Position numbers and translations under genes: made by a program. Below, one piece after another: positions 23,811 through 36,755 of a DNA stretch of 50,630 nucleotides (within the stretch, counting starts at the first letter, position 1; every line of letters begins with the position of its first letter). Source of the stretch: Basidiobolus meristosporus CBS 931.73 (taxonomy: Eukaryota > Fungi > Basidiobolomycota); the NCBI GenBank assembly GCA_002104905.1, contig MCFE01000641.1, positions 1 through 50,630 of the forward strand, in the 5' to 3' direction. The notes under the pieces were generated by a model. It was given only the letters and a program-made list of their open reading frames with translations. It was not told the DNA's origin and ran no database searches.

Positions 23811-24340
23811 ATGAAGTTGTCGCTCTCTCTCCTATCGATAGTATCGCCCCCGTCATATCGTTTCATTTCCATTTCCAGTTCGTGTACAAGAACCAAAAAA
23901 ATGTCGCAAATTTAGTGAACTCGGAGGCCATGAGGACTTCCTTGGCGGAATTGTTAGTGAAGTATCCGCTGATGGCAGGGAGAGCTAGACCTGAGGACAA
24001 ACGATGGTTTATTGAGAGTAAAAACGCAGGTGCTCCTTTTGTTGTCACTCACTCGGATTTGACTCTCGACGACTCGAACCTCGGGGACTTTGACCAGTAT
24101 CCTAAAGGACTCCACACGCAATGGACCAATCCAAGTGATCCTATAGACTATACAGAATTCCTTGCCAAACGGTCTCATTGTACAGCGAAGTTAATCCATT
24201 TTCGAAAGAGGAATTGCTCACTATAACACACATGGACAGGCTACTGGCTGACCCAGATTTACGCATGTACGCACCTGTATGAATTTGCTAGCTGCTATCA
24301 TGATCTGTCGAATCAAGAGAGTATTTTATCGCTTAATGAG
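23811..24340 (+). pseudogene. CoA-dependent acyltransferase (BAHD/Tri101-like) N-terminal fragment
   Basis: MKLSLS/PIDSIAP start broken in a (CT)n run; AMRTSLAELLVKYPLMAGR...AGAPF; degenerate HxxxDG (HYNTHG); stops follow. Confidence 0.6.
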
Positions 24341-25465
24341 TGATCTTGCTTGTGTCGGTGTTTGTACCACTGTATAGATATCTGGATGGTGTGGCTGGTA
24401 ATTGTTACCTGTTTACTTGGACTACCAAGAGCAAGGCAAAGGTGATGTTGCATGCACCTGTGTTGCATATAGCTATGTCCTTTCCCAACCATAAATGCAA
24501 CTGTTCTACACCTTTCACAACCCGCCATCCAAGGTAAAATGATTCCGCAGATTGTCTCCATTGGTTCTATGCTTGCCAACCAGCTCCAATGACCCCAATG
24601 ACTGGAATTGCCATGGTTTTCCAGCACTCCACTGCATTTTGAACAGTATCACAAATGTGGGGCGGGTTTGAATGTGATTAGTCTATATTAGCCATATGAG
24701 GTTTTCTCGCACCTGGCAGGAATTTCCTAGTTTGAGTGCACCGATTAGCTTCAAATGGGTATGTGCGCACTGCACCAATGTTGTGGTTAATGGTGGTAGC
24801 TCCTATAAAACTTCAATCTTTTAGGATCCTCGTCACGTAGATAGCCACTTTTCAAGCATGGCCTTCCGCTTACAGTTGGAATCGAGAGCGGTCTTTGGAT
24901 TGGATAGACAAGAATGGAAAGAATGCTTATTGGAGACTGTCTAGAAGAGTACATATCAAGCATCCTGCATGACCAATCTAGAAATTCATAGCCATCCTAG
25001 AGGAGCATATAGAGTTGAATATGGAGTATGCTTCATGGCTCAAGTTTGGACTTATCACTGCCTTCAGCTACGGAAAACTCATGATCATATGAGCCAGGTC
25101 GAAAATCCATGATGCCGGGGTTATGAACATGTATGTGGTGGAAGTAGGATTGCTACTACTAACTATTAAGACGCACTGAACTCATGCCATTGCAGACTAT
25201 CAAGACATTGGATGGCGGTCCGCTTAGTATATTGGTGATTGCCCCTTTCCCGGAAATAAAGCATTTATCAGAGCGCGACCAACTTTATAAGGCTAATCTA
25301 CCTTTCAAAAGCCCAAATAAGCAGCCAATTCTATATTTCTACCTAAGTGCCCAAGCAAACATTATATTTCTTCAGCTTGGAATGCTTCCTATCTCTGTCC
25401 GATAATGACATGTCCCCAATTACACACGCGTTATAAGAGCTGCAGGAGCCGCCAATCCTCCCCAA

Positions 25466-26668
25466 ATGCTGCTATATTGCTTCCTCTACCTTTTGGCATA
25501 CCTTGGAAGCACCCACGCGGGTGATTTTGGCTTTAACTGGCATAATAGCCCGGGCTTCTTCACGGACATTCAAAGCATTTACACTAGCTTCGAAAGCCCA
25601 GAAGGGTACGCTCCCCCAGGCACTTACTGGTGTGTTGCTGCTTGGTACAACGGATATTTCGGCGTCCAGAGGGCCGATGATGGGGTCTACAATTTCATCA
25701 CCTCTGTCTGGAATAATGGCGAAAAGTCACCCCGTGTCGAACTAGGGCTTCCTGGAGGTTTAGTTCAGCAATGCGAGAATGCCGAAAACTGCTATGAAGG
25801 AGCCGTTGCCCATGACCTGGTTTTCGGAAAGACCTGGCTACCTGGAGTCAGATATGATTTCCTTGTTCACTGTGAGCGCGATGGAGAGAACGAGATCTTT
25901 TCTAGTTATGTCCTCAAAGACGATCATTGGATGCTGATCACCAGGTTCATTGGGCCTGGATACAGGCATTACTTGGGAAACTTCATGTACCAGTTTCTGG
26001 AGAATCCCGATTGGATTCGGGGTGCTCCTACTCCGCAGCGCAGAGGGCTCTACTACAACCAACATATTAAATACGTGGGATCTGAGGAGTGGCATCCGGC
26101 CGAAGTCATCTTTCCGGATGGTGGTTTCAATCCAAATGGCGAGTTCTGGGAGTTCATCCCTATGCCGCTGGACAATGGTGTATTGGTTGTTGTGGATGGT
26201 GGTAATTCTAGCACTCTGACTGCACAATCGAGGCAGTCAATGAGGGTGAATCTGACCAACGTGGAGCCTCCGGTGAACGTGCCTACGTCAGTAAAAGGTA
26301 AGCATACAGCAACCGAGGTTTTGACGTATATGTCGTATGGGGCCATTACCGAAAGGGCCACTACCACCACTACCACCCAGCAGCATTGGGTTACTGATCT
26401 TGCGTTGACAACGACCTTAGTGTCGACTACTAAGCAGAAAGTCACGTCGAGAGGAACAAAAACCCGGATGCACACCGTCACCATGCCTACACATAACGTA
26501 ACCGAGACTGAGGTCCGAGTACAAACGACTACCGTCACCCCTGGAACTAGCTTTAGCACAGTAGACGCGACCACTGTCGAGGACTCCACGTTGACCTTGT
26601 ATGAAACTGACCAGCTTACACTTACTGGTCCGGCTGTTACTGTTTATGTCACTAGCATGTTGAAATGA
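25466..26668 (+). CDS. Secreted DUF3472-like protein with Thr-rich C-terminal tail, intronless
   Basis: Signal peptide; TYWCVAAWYNGYFGVQ, FITSVW, WMLITRF...YLGNFMYQFLEN, RRGLYYNQ...W resemble the DUF3472 pattern as I recall it (no search run). Confidence 0.6.
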   Translation: MLLYCFLYLLAYLGSTHAGDFGFNWHNSPGFFTDIQSIYTSFESPEGYAPPGTYWCVAAWYNGYFGVQRADDGVYNFITSVWNNGEKSPRVELGLPGGLVQQCENAENCYEGAVAHDLVFGKTWLPGVRYDFLVHCERDGENEIFSSYVLKDDHWMLITRFIGPGYRHYLGNFMYQFLENPDWIRGAPTPQRRGLYYNQHIKYVGSEEWHPAEVIFPDGGFNPNGEFWEFIPMPLDNGVLVVVDGGNSSTLTAQSRQSMRVNLTNVEPPVNVPTSVKGKHTATEVLTYMSYGAITERATTTTTTQQHWVTDLALTTTLVSTTKQKVTSRGTKTRMHTVTMPTHNVTETEVRVQTTTVTPGTSFSTVDATTVEDSTLTLYETDQLTLTGPAVTVYVTSMLK

Positions 26669-27477
26669 ACCATGCTACTTGTTGATTTAAATAATTAGCT
26701 ATTTATCGAAACCACTTTAGAAAAAAAGAAGTGGTAACTACATATCCATAACTAGGGTGGTGTATACAAACATTGACATATATATTATATGCTGACCCAA
26801 TTCAGTAATAAAAAGATGTAGCAGCGATAGAAATTCTTTGTTTGCAGTGGTCACAAGAGCAAAATGCTTATTCACACCTATACGGAGTGCGTGCTAACAA
26901 AGTCCCGCCGGAGATTGTTCATAAGCAGGTTTCTGCTGTTCCGATTGAGTGTAAAGGTGGTAAACTCTCTGACCTAAGCATTGCCTAATATTCTGCAGAA
27001 AAGTGCACCTAGCTGTTGCCAGATTTGAGGGGTATCGGCGGTGATATGGAGGGCTTGAGAGCAATGTGGAATTATGAGTCAAGGGTAATGTAAGAGAGAG
27101 TGGCCATGCCACTATGGATGTTGTTTACAGCTTCAGCACGACATTGAGGCAGTGTTGAACAGCACCCATGAAACAGATAGTTGAATGGCTCTACCACTGC
27201 CTCTAAATATGGAAAATACTGACCAATTCCAATGATCTAGACCAACACTAAGATCATGTGTGATGGGAGCGGTTAATTATGGGTTAATTACGGGTTAATT
27301 ACCAAATTCACGTGAAGATATACTGGTAGCAGGTTACTGATTATCAAGGCATGGGATAGTGGGAAACCTTGTATGCTATTCGAAAATGTAGCTATCCCAG
27401 ACAACCCTCTTCACTTTGGTCACCTGCGCACTGCGCTTGACTCCCCTTCCATATGTATAATAAGATCGGAATGTTTG

Positions 27478-27594
27478 GGAGAACATGATCTTTTCTAGTT
27501 ACACCCTCAAAGATGATCATTGGCTGCTGATCAACTGATTTATTGCTCCTGGATATAGCCGCTACTTGTGAAGCTAAACATATCAGCTTCTGAG
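27478..27594 (+). pseudogene. Degenerate duplicate of part of the DUF3472-like gene
   Basis: Nucleotide match to about 25883-26002 (IFSSYTLKDDHWLLIN*FIAPGYSRYL* versus IFSSYVLKDDHWMLITRFIGPGYRHYLG). Confidence 0.8.
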
Positions 27595-27673
27595 CACTTG
27601 ATGCAGTTCCACTAATTTGCAAATACTGCATTTTGTCAGCAGCAAAGAAGCTACCATGTAGGATAGTTCTTAG

Positions 27674-30600
27674 TGTTGTAAGAGTCTTGGAGATATTGGA
27701 AGTGATTGGGAGAACAAGTAGATTATGTGGTTTTCACTTAATGATTTATTGAATGTAAAAGTAGTATTTATACTTTTACCTGGTCTTGGCATTACAAACA
27801 TGTAGAATAGGTTAAGGAAGGTCCCAAGAACATGTGTGCAAAGTTTGGGGCTGTTTGGACAACTTATCTAATTTTCATGTTCTGGGTAAATATTCTAAGT
27901 AAATCCCAACAAGGAATTTGGTCAGTATTCTCTAGGATTTGAGGGTAATGATCTAAGTGACTAAGTTAGGTGAATATTTAGGTGGAAATACGAATTTTTA
28001 CAACACTCTCACTCAGCTAAATGCTCATACTGACTAGTCCTAATTTTGACCTAAGATATTCAAACTTGTCTCTAGCTAATGGTTTGGTAAATATGTCTGC
28101 AATCATTTCATCTGTAGGACAGTAAACTAAGCTAGCTAAGTTATTCTCTATAGCTTCACGTATGAAATGATGTCTAATATCTATGTGCTTGGTTCTAGCA
28201 TGAAAAGTTGGATTTCTACCTAATTGTATACATCCTTGATTATCTTGAGATAAAGTAATAGGCGTTTTTTGACATAGGCCTAAATCTGTAAAGAGCTTTC
28301 TTAACCACATTGCTTCTTTTGTAGCTTCACAGGCTGCCATATACTCTGCCTCTGTGGTGGAAAGTGCTACGGTTGGTTGCTTTCTTGAATTCCATGAAAT
28401 TGCTCCTTTACAGTAAAGAAAGGTGTATTCTGTGATGAAGCTTCTGTCTTCTAAATTTTGTCCCCAATCTGCATCAGAGTATCCCACAAGATCCTGTTCT
28501 GAATCCTTATAAGTATATCTTAAGCAGATATCAGCAGTTCCTTTTAGGTATCTAAAAATCTGCTTAACTGCTGCAATATGATCAGATCCATAGTTCTGAT
28601 CATATTGGCTGACAACTCCCACTGAATATGAGATATCTGGACGTGTTCCAAGCATGATATACATCAGACTGCCAACCATAGATTGATAAGGAAAGCCAGG
28701 GCTTTCAGATGCCACCAAGCTCTCTTGATTTGGTTGAGTTTTGACCAAGTTAGGGTTTGTCTCCATTGGGGTAGCTGCTGGTTTACAGTCTTCCATTTTG
28801 TACTTCTTTAGTATATCTTGAATATACATGGATTGACTTAGGGTGATAGTCTGGGTACTTCTGTCTATGGAGAACTTAATCCCTAAGTAGTAACTAAGTT
28901 CTCCTAGATTGGACATCTTGAACTCCTTAGATAGGCTGGATTTAGTCTCTTCCAATGTGTCTAGGTTATTGGCAGCTATAATAAGATCATCCACATATAG
29001 AGCTAACAGAACTGGATTTGCTCTATCTGGCTTATAGTATATACTATAGTCAGCATTACTCCTTTTGAAACTCAAAGATTCCAAATAAGAATCTATCCTG
29101 CAATTCCAGGCTCTTGGTGAATGTTTGAGACCATATAGTGACTTTTTAAGCTTGCAGACCAAATGGGGGTTATCTTGGTCAACAAACCCATCAGGCTGGT
29201 CCATATACATGTCCTCATCAAGTTCTCCACTCAAAAATGCAGTTTTTACATCCATTTGATGAATAAAAAACTTATATTTGGCTGCAATAGCCAATATTAA
29301 TCTGATGGAATTAAACTTGGCTACCGGTGCAAAGGTCTCAGTATAGTCAAGTCCTTTTGTTTGAGAGTATCCTTTGGCTACAAGTCTTGCTTTGTATCTT
29401 TCAATTGCACCATCAGCCTTGTATTTTGTCTTGAAGACCCATATGCATCCAATTGATTTTTGGTTGATTGGTAATTTGAATAAGTCCCAAGTTTGATTTT
29501 CCATCAGTGCCTGATATTCCTCAGTGATTGCAGATCTCCAAAACTTTGTCTGAGGGCTATTTAGGGCCTCTTTTACAGTCTGGGGCTCATCAATATGGAC
29601 TGAATAGGTATAGGCTAAGTTTGTACCCTCATTGATAGAATAATTTGGGCTATTTCTTGTCAGATTTCATCTCCGGGCATTTGATACTGGAATGATCACT
29701 TCTGGGATATTCCTGGGCACTGATTCTGGCTGAACCACGGTTGTAGAGTCCTCTGGAGTGAAAAAATTTTCATTGTTTTACTCTGTTTCAATCCTGACAA
29801 TTGGTGGACTTGAGATCAAATTTTCTTCATCATCTGATGTCATTTTTTATGAAAATTTTGAATTTTGATCAAACAGCACATCCCTGGACTTGATAAGCTT
29901 CTTTGCTTTGGTATTGTAGAGTCTGTATGCCTTACTCTCATTGCAGTAGCCCAAAAATATGCATTTTACACTTTTTGGCTCAAATTTTGACTGATTTTCA
30001 AATGGAGTAGAATCACAAAGTATTCTGTTATAACTCCTATTTCTAAGATATACAGCAGTGGCAACTGATTCCACCCAAAAATCATAGGATAATTTTTGAT
30101 CATGGATCATAGATCTTGCCATATCAATTATTGATCTGTTAGCTCGTTCTGCTACTCCATTTTGCTGTGGGGAGTATGGTACAGTAGTCTCTTGCTTTAT
30201 CCCATGAATTTGCAGAAGTGGATGAAGAGTTTTGAGGTATATTCTCCACTATTGTCAGAGCATATTTTCTTGATTTTTTCACCAGTTTCTCTCTCCACCA
30301 TGGCTTTAAACTCCCTGAGCTTAGACAGAGCTTCTTCCTTTCTCTCCATAAAGTAGACCCATGTGTATCTTGCTTAATCATCAATAAAAGTGATTAAATA
30401 CCTCATCCCACCTAAGGATAAATTTTGCATAGGTCCACACAGATCTGAGTGAATTAGATCTGATTTTTTCTTAGTTTTGAGTAACCCCAAGCTCTTGAAC
30501 GGTTGTCTGGCTTGTTTCCCATATATGCAGGCTTCACAGTGCTCCAAATTAGCTGGGGGATCAATTTTCACTCCAGAAATTAGCTGATCTTTGATCATTT

Positions 30601-32262
30601 TGCGCAAATAATCAAAATTGATGTGCCCAAATCTCCTGTGCCAAAGCATTGGTGTTTCTTCATTTAAGTTACTTATATTGGCTTCCAGATATGATGGAAT
30701 ATAAGTCAACTTGTATAGATTCTGATCTCTGATGCCCAAAGCAATATGAGCACCATTTTGATCAGTGATCCTGCATCCAGAATTGTCAAAACTGAAACTG
30801 AGTCCTTCTGCTGTGGCCTTGCTTACAGAGAGTAGGTTCTTGGCTATTTCTGGTACATAGAGTACTTCTTTAAAGGTCAGTGTATGGCTTTCTTCACTGC
30901 TTCTAAGGTTTACTTGGATAGTTCCTTCTCCCACTGCATCAAGTGTTCTATTGTAACCCATGAAAACCTTCTTAATTGGAATTTCTTGATATTGGGTAAA
31001 AAGTTATTTTTGGTGTGTAAAGTGTTGAGAAGCTCCAGAGTCAATATACCACGTCTGAGAATCCTTGTTTGTGGTCATATTTAGTGCAGATATGAATAGT
31101 CTATCTTCAGTTGTTGCAGCATTTCCATATTCAGGCTTCTTTTGCTGATAATCTCTCTTTTTGAAACACCAGTCTGATGTGTGTCCTTTCCTTTTGCAGT
31201 AGTTGCAAAATAGGTTGCTGTTGCCTTTGTAGGGTCTTGGGTACCTCCTTTGTTGGTTATCATTGCTTATTAAAGCATTTTCTTCTTCCTTCTTATTGGC
31301 GCTTGATTTTCTTAATTCTTCATCCAGGAGCCTTCCATATACGTAATTTAAGGTCAAATCTTCAGTTCTGGACTCTAGGGCTGATACAAGGCCCTGAAAC
31401 TTGTCTATCAGGCTATTCAGGATGGTAACTATCACATCCTCATCAGTAGTTGGTACGCCCACAGATTCCATCTCATCTACCAGCAGGGTAATTCTGTTAA
31501 TTAGATTTTTCATTTCTTCTCCTGGCAGCATCTTTGTAGTGTAAGAATTTTCTTCTCAGATACATTTTCTTGGCAGCTGAACATGACTGGTAGGTGTCTT
31601 CTAATGCTTTCCAGGCATTCTTTGCTGTTTTTGCTCTTGAGCATTGAATTAGCAATTTGTCCTTGACATTAAGGCAAATGCAGTTAAAGGCACTTTGTTC
31701 TTTCTTCTGGTACTTTAAGGCTTCCTCTCCCACGTTTTTAGGAGGGCATTCTTCTCCCATGACAATATCCCAAAGGCCTCTTTCTTGTAGCAGCATCTTC
31801 ATCTTCACCTTCCACACTTGGTAGTTAGATACATCCAACTTTTCAGCAGAGGGAAAAATTCCAGTAATAGCAGTAGTAGACATTGCAGAGAGTGACAGCT
31901 TGGGGCTCATAACCTGTTGTAAGAGTCTTGGAGATATTGGAAGTGATTTGGAGAACAAGTAGATTATGTGGTTTTCACTTAATGATTTATTGAATGTAAA
32001 AGTAGTATTTATACTTTTACCTGGTCTTGGCATTACAACACATAGAATAGGTTAAGGAAGGTCCCAAGAGCATGTGTGCAAAGTTTGGGGCTGTTTGGAC
32101 AACTTTGAGAATTCTCATGTTCTGGGTACCAGGTATTTTGGTGAAAATATTCTAAGTAAATCCCAACAAGGTATTTGGTCAGTATTCTCTAGGATTTGAA
32201 GGTGATGATCTAAGTGACTAAGTTAGGTGAATATTTTGGAGGAAATACAAATTTTTACAACA
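27674..32262 (-). mobile_element. Near full-length copia element (copia-2) with both LTRs; frameshifts and an integrase deletion
   Basis: 5' LTR 31915-32262, PBS 31903-31914, gag, fragmented PR/IN, open RT-RH 28017-29504, PPT, 3' LTR 27674-28005. Flanks CTTAG/CCTAG may be a TSD with one mismatch. Confidence 0.95.
31903..31914 (-). other. Primer-binding site complementary to the anticodon arm of initiator tRNA-Met
   Basis: GGTTATGAGCCC directly after the LTR; its complement GGGCTCATAACC is the fungal tRNAi-Met anticodon arm. The same PBS occurs at 33279-33290. Confidence 0.8.
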
Positions 32263-32474
32263 CCTAGAACATGAAATTAGATAAGCTGTCCAAACAGCCG
32301 CAAACTTTACACACATGCTCTTGGGACCTTCCTAAGCCTATTCTATGTGTTTTTTATGCCAGAACTATGTAAAAGTATAACTACTACTTTTACTTTCAAT
32401 AAATCATTAAGTGAAAGCCACATTATCTCCTTGTTCTCCCTATCACTTCCAATATCTCAAAGCTTCTTACAACA
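32263..32474 (+). repeat. Diverged partial LTR of the copia family
   Basis: Homologous to the 3' two-thirds of LTR 3631-3979; ends CTTACAACA. Confidence 0.8.
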
Positions 32475-32573
32475 TATAGTATACAGGCTTTGGACTACTA
32501 ATCCCTCATTGACTGGATGTGCTATGCTCTTATAAATATTCCAGAACCTACTTGGAGTTTTTTAGCTCATTTT

Positions 32574-32922
32574 TGTTGTAAAAGTTTGTAATTCCACCTA
32601 GATATTCACCTAACTTAGTCACTTGGATCATTACCTTCAAATTCTAGAGAATACTGACCAAATACCTTGTTAGGATTTACTTAGAATATTTTCACCAAAA
32701 CATCAGGTGCCCAGAACATGAAAACTCTCAAAGTTGTCCAAACAGCCCCAAGCTTTGCACACATGATCTTGGGACCTTCCTTAACTTATTCTATGCGGTT
32801 TTAATGCCAAGACCAGGTAAAAGTATAAATACTACTTTTACATTCAATAAATCATTAGGTGAAAGCCACATAATCTACTTGTTCTCCCAAACACTTCCAA
32901 TATCTCCAAAACTCTTACAACA
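32574..32922 (+). repeat. Solo LTR
   Basis: TGTTG...CAACA, 349 bp, no PBS or PPT adjacent; flanks ATTTT/GTTTT. Confidence 0.88.
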
Positions 32923-32929
32923 GTTTTGA

Positions 32930-35900
32930 TGTTGCAAAAAGTTGCAATTCCACCTAAATACTCACCTAAGTTAGTCACTTAGATTACAGTCAACAAATCT
33001 TAGATAATACTCACCAAACTTCTTGTTGGAATTTACTTTGGTTAATTTTAACCAAATACCAGGTACCAATAGCATGAACACTTGTTAAGTTGTCCAAACC
33101 AACCCAAATGCTGCACACATATTCTTGGAATATCCTGGAGCCTATTATATGTGTTGGGTTTGCCAAGACTATGTAAAAGTACATGTACTACTCTTACATT
33201 CAATAAGTCATTAAGCAAAGCCCATGTTATCAACTCTTTCTCCCAATCACTTCCAATATCTTCAATATTCTTGTAACAGGTTATGAGCCCTAAGCTATCA
33301 TTCTTGGCAATATCCACTATGGCTAGTGCTGCAATTTTTCCATCTACTAAAAAGTTGAATGAATCCAACTACCAATTCTGAGAGGTGAGAATGAAGAAGC
33401 TGCTACAGGAAAGAGGCCTTTGGGATATTGTCATGGGAGAAGAATGCCCTCCAAGAATGTTGGAGATGGAGCCCTAAAGTATCAGAAGAAAGAACTAAGT
33501 ACCTTTTGCTGCAATGGCTTTGATGTCAAAGACAAACTGCTAATTCAATGCACAAGAGCAAAATGACAAGGAACGCCTGCAAGGTATTAGAAGAAACCTA
33601 CCAGTCATACATAGCTGCTCAGAAATTGTATCTTATGCAAAAGTTCTGTCCAAAAAAGATGCTGCCAGGAGAAGCATTGAAAGTATAATTAACAGACTCA
33701 CCTTGTGTGTTGATCAGATGGAATCTGTGAGTGTACCAAATACTAATGAAGATGTAATAGTCACCATCCTGAATAGTCTGACCAACAGGTTTCAGGGCCT
33801 TGTATAAACTTTAGAGTCCAGAACTGAGGATTTGACCTTAAACCTCATATATGGAAGGTGCCTGGATGAAACAACAAGAAAATCAAGAGGCAATAAGAAG
33901 GAAGAAGCAAATGCTTTAGTAAGCAGTAATAACCAACAGAGAATGTATTAAAGATCCTCTAAAGGCAACAGCAAGCTGTTTTGCAACTACTGCAAAAGGA
34001 AAGGACACACATTAGATGTGTTTCTCAAAAAGAGAGATAGATGGCAGAAAAAGCCTGAAAATGAAAATGCTAAAACAACAGAAGATATACTATTCTAATC
34101 TGCACAGAATATCACCACAATCAAGGATTTTCAGACGTAGTGGGATAAAGCAAGAAACTACAGCAGCATACTCCCTAAAGCAAAATGGAGTGTCTGAATA
34201 TGCAAGCAGATCAATAACTGATATGGCAAGATCCATGATCTGTGATCAAAAGTTATCCTACAAATTGTGAATGGAATCAGTTGCTACCATTATACCTCTC
34301 AGAAATAGGAGTCTTTGCAGAATGCTGTGTGCATTTACACCATCTGAGGCATGGTAACAATATTGACCAAGTGCAGAACACCTAGCAATATTTAGGTGGA
34401 CAGCATATGTCATAAAACTGTTTGGACATCAGTCAAAATTGGAGCCAAAAAGTATAAATGCACAATATTGGGTTACTGCATTGAGAGTAAGGCATACAGA
34501 CTCAACAATACCAAAGCAAAGAAGCAGCCCAAGCTCAGGGATATGTAGTTTGATGAAAATTTAAATTTTCACAAGAAATGAAATAAGATAACTACAATTA
34601 TTATATCTCAGGTCCACCAATAGTCAGGATTGACTCAGTACAAGTAGCGAAAGCTTTTTTACTGCAGAGGATTATACCCATATGGTTCAGCCTGAATCAT
34701 TGTTTAGGAATATCCCAGAAGTGCTCATTCAAGTATATTAGGAAGGGAATCCAACAAGACCACTAATAGCATAAGTTGCTATGTAAATGAAGGTTCAAAC
34801 TTAGTATATGCCTATGCAGTCCATATTGGTGCACCCAGACTGTAAAAGAGACCTAAAATAGCCCATAGATAAAGTTCTGGCTATCTGGAATAGCTGAGGA
34901 GTGTCACACCTAGATGGAAAACCAAACTCAGAACTTGGTTAAGTTACCGATCAACCAAAATCAATTGAATGCCAATGGGACTGCAAGATAAGATACAAGT
35001 CTGAAGGTAAAACAAAAAGATTTGAAGCCAGACTTGTGGCTATAGGAAACTCTCAGGCAAAAGGACCTGATTGTACTGAAACCTATTCACTTGTAGCTAA
35101 GTTTTATTCCATTAGACTCATATTGGCTAGCGTAGCTGAATATAGGTTTTATATTTGTCCAATGGATATGAAACAGCATTTTTAAATGAAAGAGCTGATG
35201 AGGATGTGTGTAGCAGCTAGTCTAATGGGTTTGCCAACCAACATAACCCCCATTTGGTCTGCAGGATATGAAATACATATATGGTCCCAAACAAATAACA
35301 AGAGCCTGGAATTGCAGGATAGAATCTTACTCAGAATCATTGAGGTTTCACAGGAGTACTGTGGACCATGTTATCCACTGCAAGCCAGATAGAGCAAATC
35401 CAGCTACATTAGCTCTATATATGCATGAACTTTTTATAGCCAGCAATAGTCATGAAGCCCTAGAAGAGACTAAATCCAGCCTATCTAAGGAGTTCAAGAT
35501 GTCCAATCTTATAGAACTCAGTAACTACTCAGGAATAAAGTGCACCATAGAAAAAAGTACCCAGACTATTACCCTGAGCCAGTCCAAGTATATTCATGAT
35601 ATACTTAAGAAGTACAAAATAGAATACAGTAATCTGGTGGCTACCCTAAAGCAGACAAACCTTGACTTGGTCAAAACTAAACTAAATTAAGAGAGCTTAG
35701 TGCCATTTGAAAGCCCAGAACTCCTTTACCAAGCTATAGTCAGCAGTCTGATGTACATAATGCTTGGATAATGTTCAAATATCTCATATTCAGTGGGAGT
35801 TGTCAGCTGCTATAATCAGAGCTATAGATCTGATCATGTTGCCAAAGTTAGGCAGGCTTTTAGATACCTAGTAGAAACTGCTGATATCTGCTTAAGGAAC

Positions 35901-36755
35901 ACCTTTAAGGAATCAGATCAGAATCTTGTGGGATACTCAGATGCTGAGTTAGGACAAGTATTTGTAGACAGAAGAGACAAAACTGATTACACCTTGTTTT
36001 AATGCAAAGGATCAATTTGATGGAATTCAAGAAAGGAAACAGCTGTAGTACTTTTGAACACAGAAGTAGAGTATATGGCCATCTATAAAAATATAAAAGA
36101 AGCAGTGTGATTAAGAAAGCTTTGGAAAGATAGAGGCTAATGTCAAGAAGTGCTTATAACTTTATTTCAAGATAATCAAGGATGCATATGATCAGGTTAA
36201 AATTCAACTTTTAATACAAGAGCTAAGCACACAGATATTAGACATTGTTTCTTACTTAAACCTTTAGAGAGTAATGTTGACCACTAAGCTTACTGTCTTA
36301 CAGATGAAATGACTGCAGATATATTTACCAAATCATTACCACAAGACAAATTTGAATATTTTAAGTTACAATATGAACTAGTCAGTAAAACATTGAGTTC
36401 AGTGGGATTGTTAGAAAATTTTGCAAATCCACCCAGATACTTGCCTAACTTAGTTGCTTAGATCACTACCTACAGATCTTAGAGAAAACTCACCAAATTC
36501 CTTGTTGGGATTGACCTTAAATATTTTAACCTAAATAGCAGGTATTCACAACAAGAAAATCCATAGAGTTGTCCAAACAGCCCCAAGCCTTGCACACAAG
36601 CTCTGGGGACCTTCCTAAGTATTTGGAGGGCTTGTTATGCCAAGACCATGCAAATGTACAAATACTGCTCTTACATTGAATAAACCATCATATGAAAATA
36701 ACAATATCTACTTCTTCTACCAATTACTTCCCAGATCACCAAGACTCTTACAACA
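32930..36755 (+). mobile_element. Old, heavily decayed copia element (copia-3) with both LTRs
   Basis: LTRs 32930-33278 and 36409-36755; PBS 33279-33290; gag/IN/RT/RH remnants with many stops; flanks TTTGA/TGTGA. Confidence 0.9.

Noticed and set aside
27271-27302. Three 11-bp repeats GGTTAATTA(T/C)G resembling telomere sequence
   Set aside because: Not TTAGGG periodicity and no shared 3' tag; an ordinary minisatellite.
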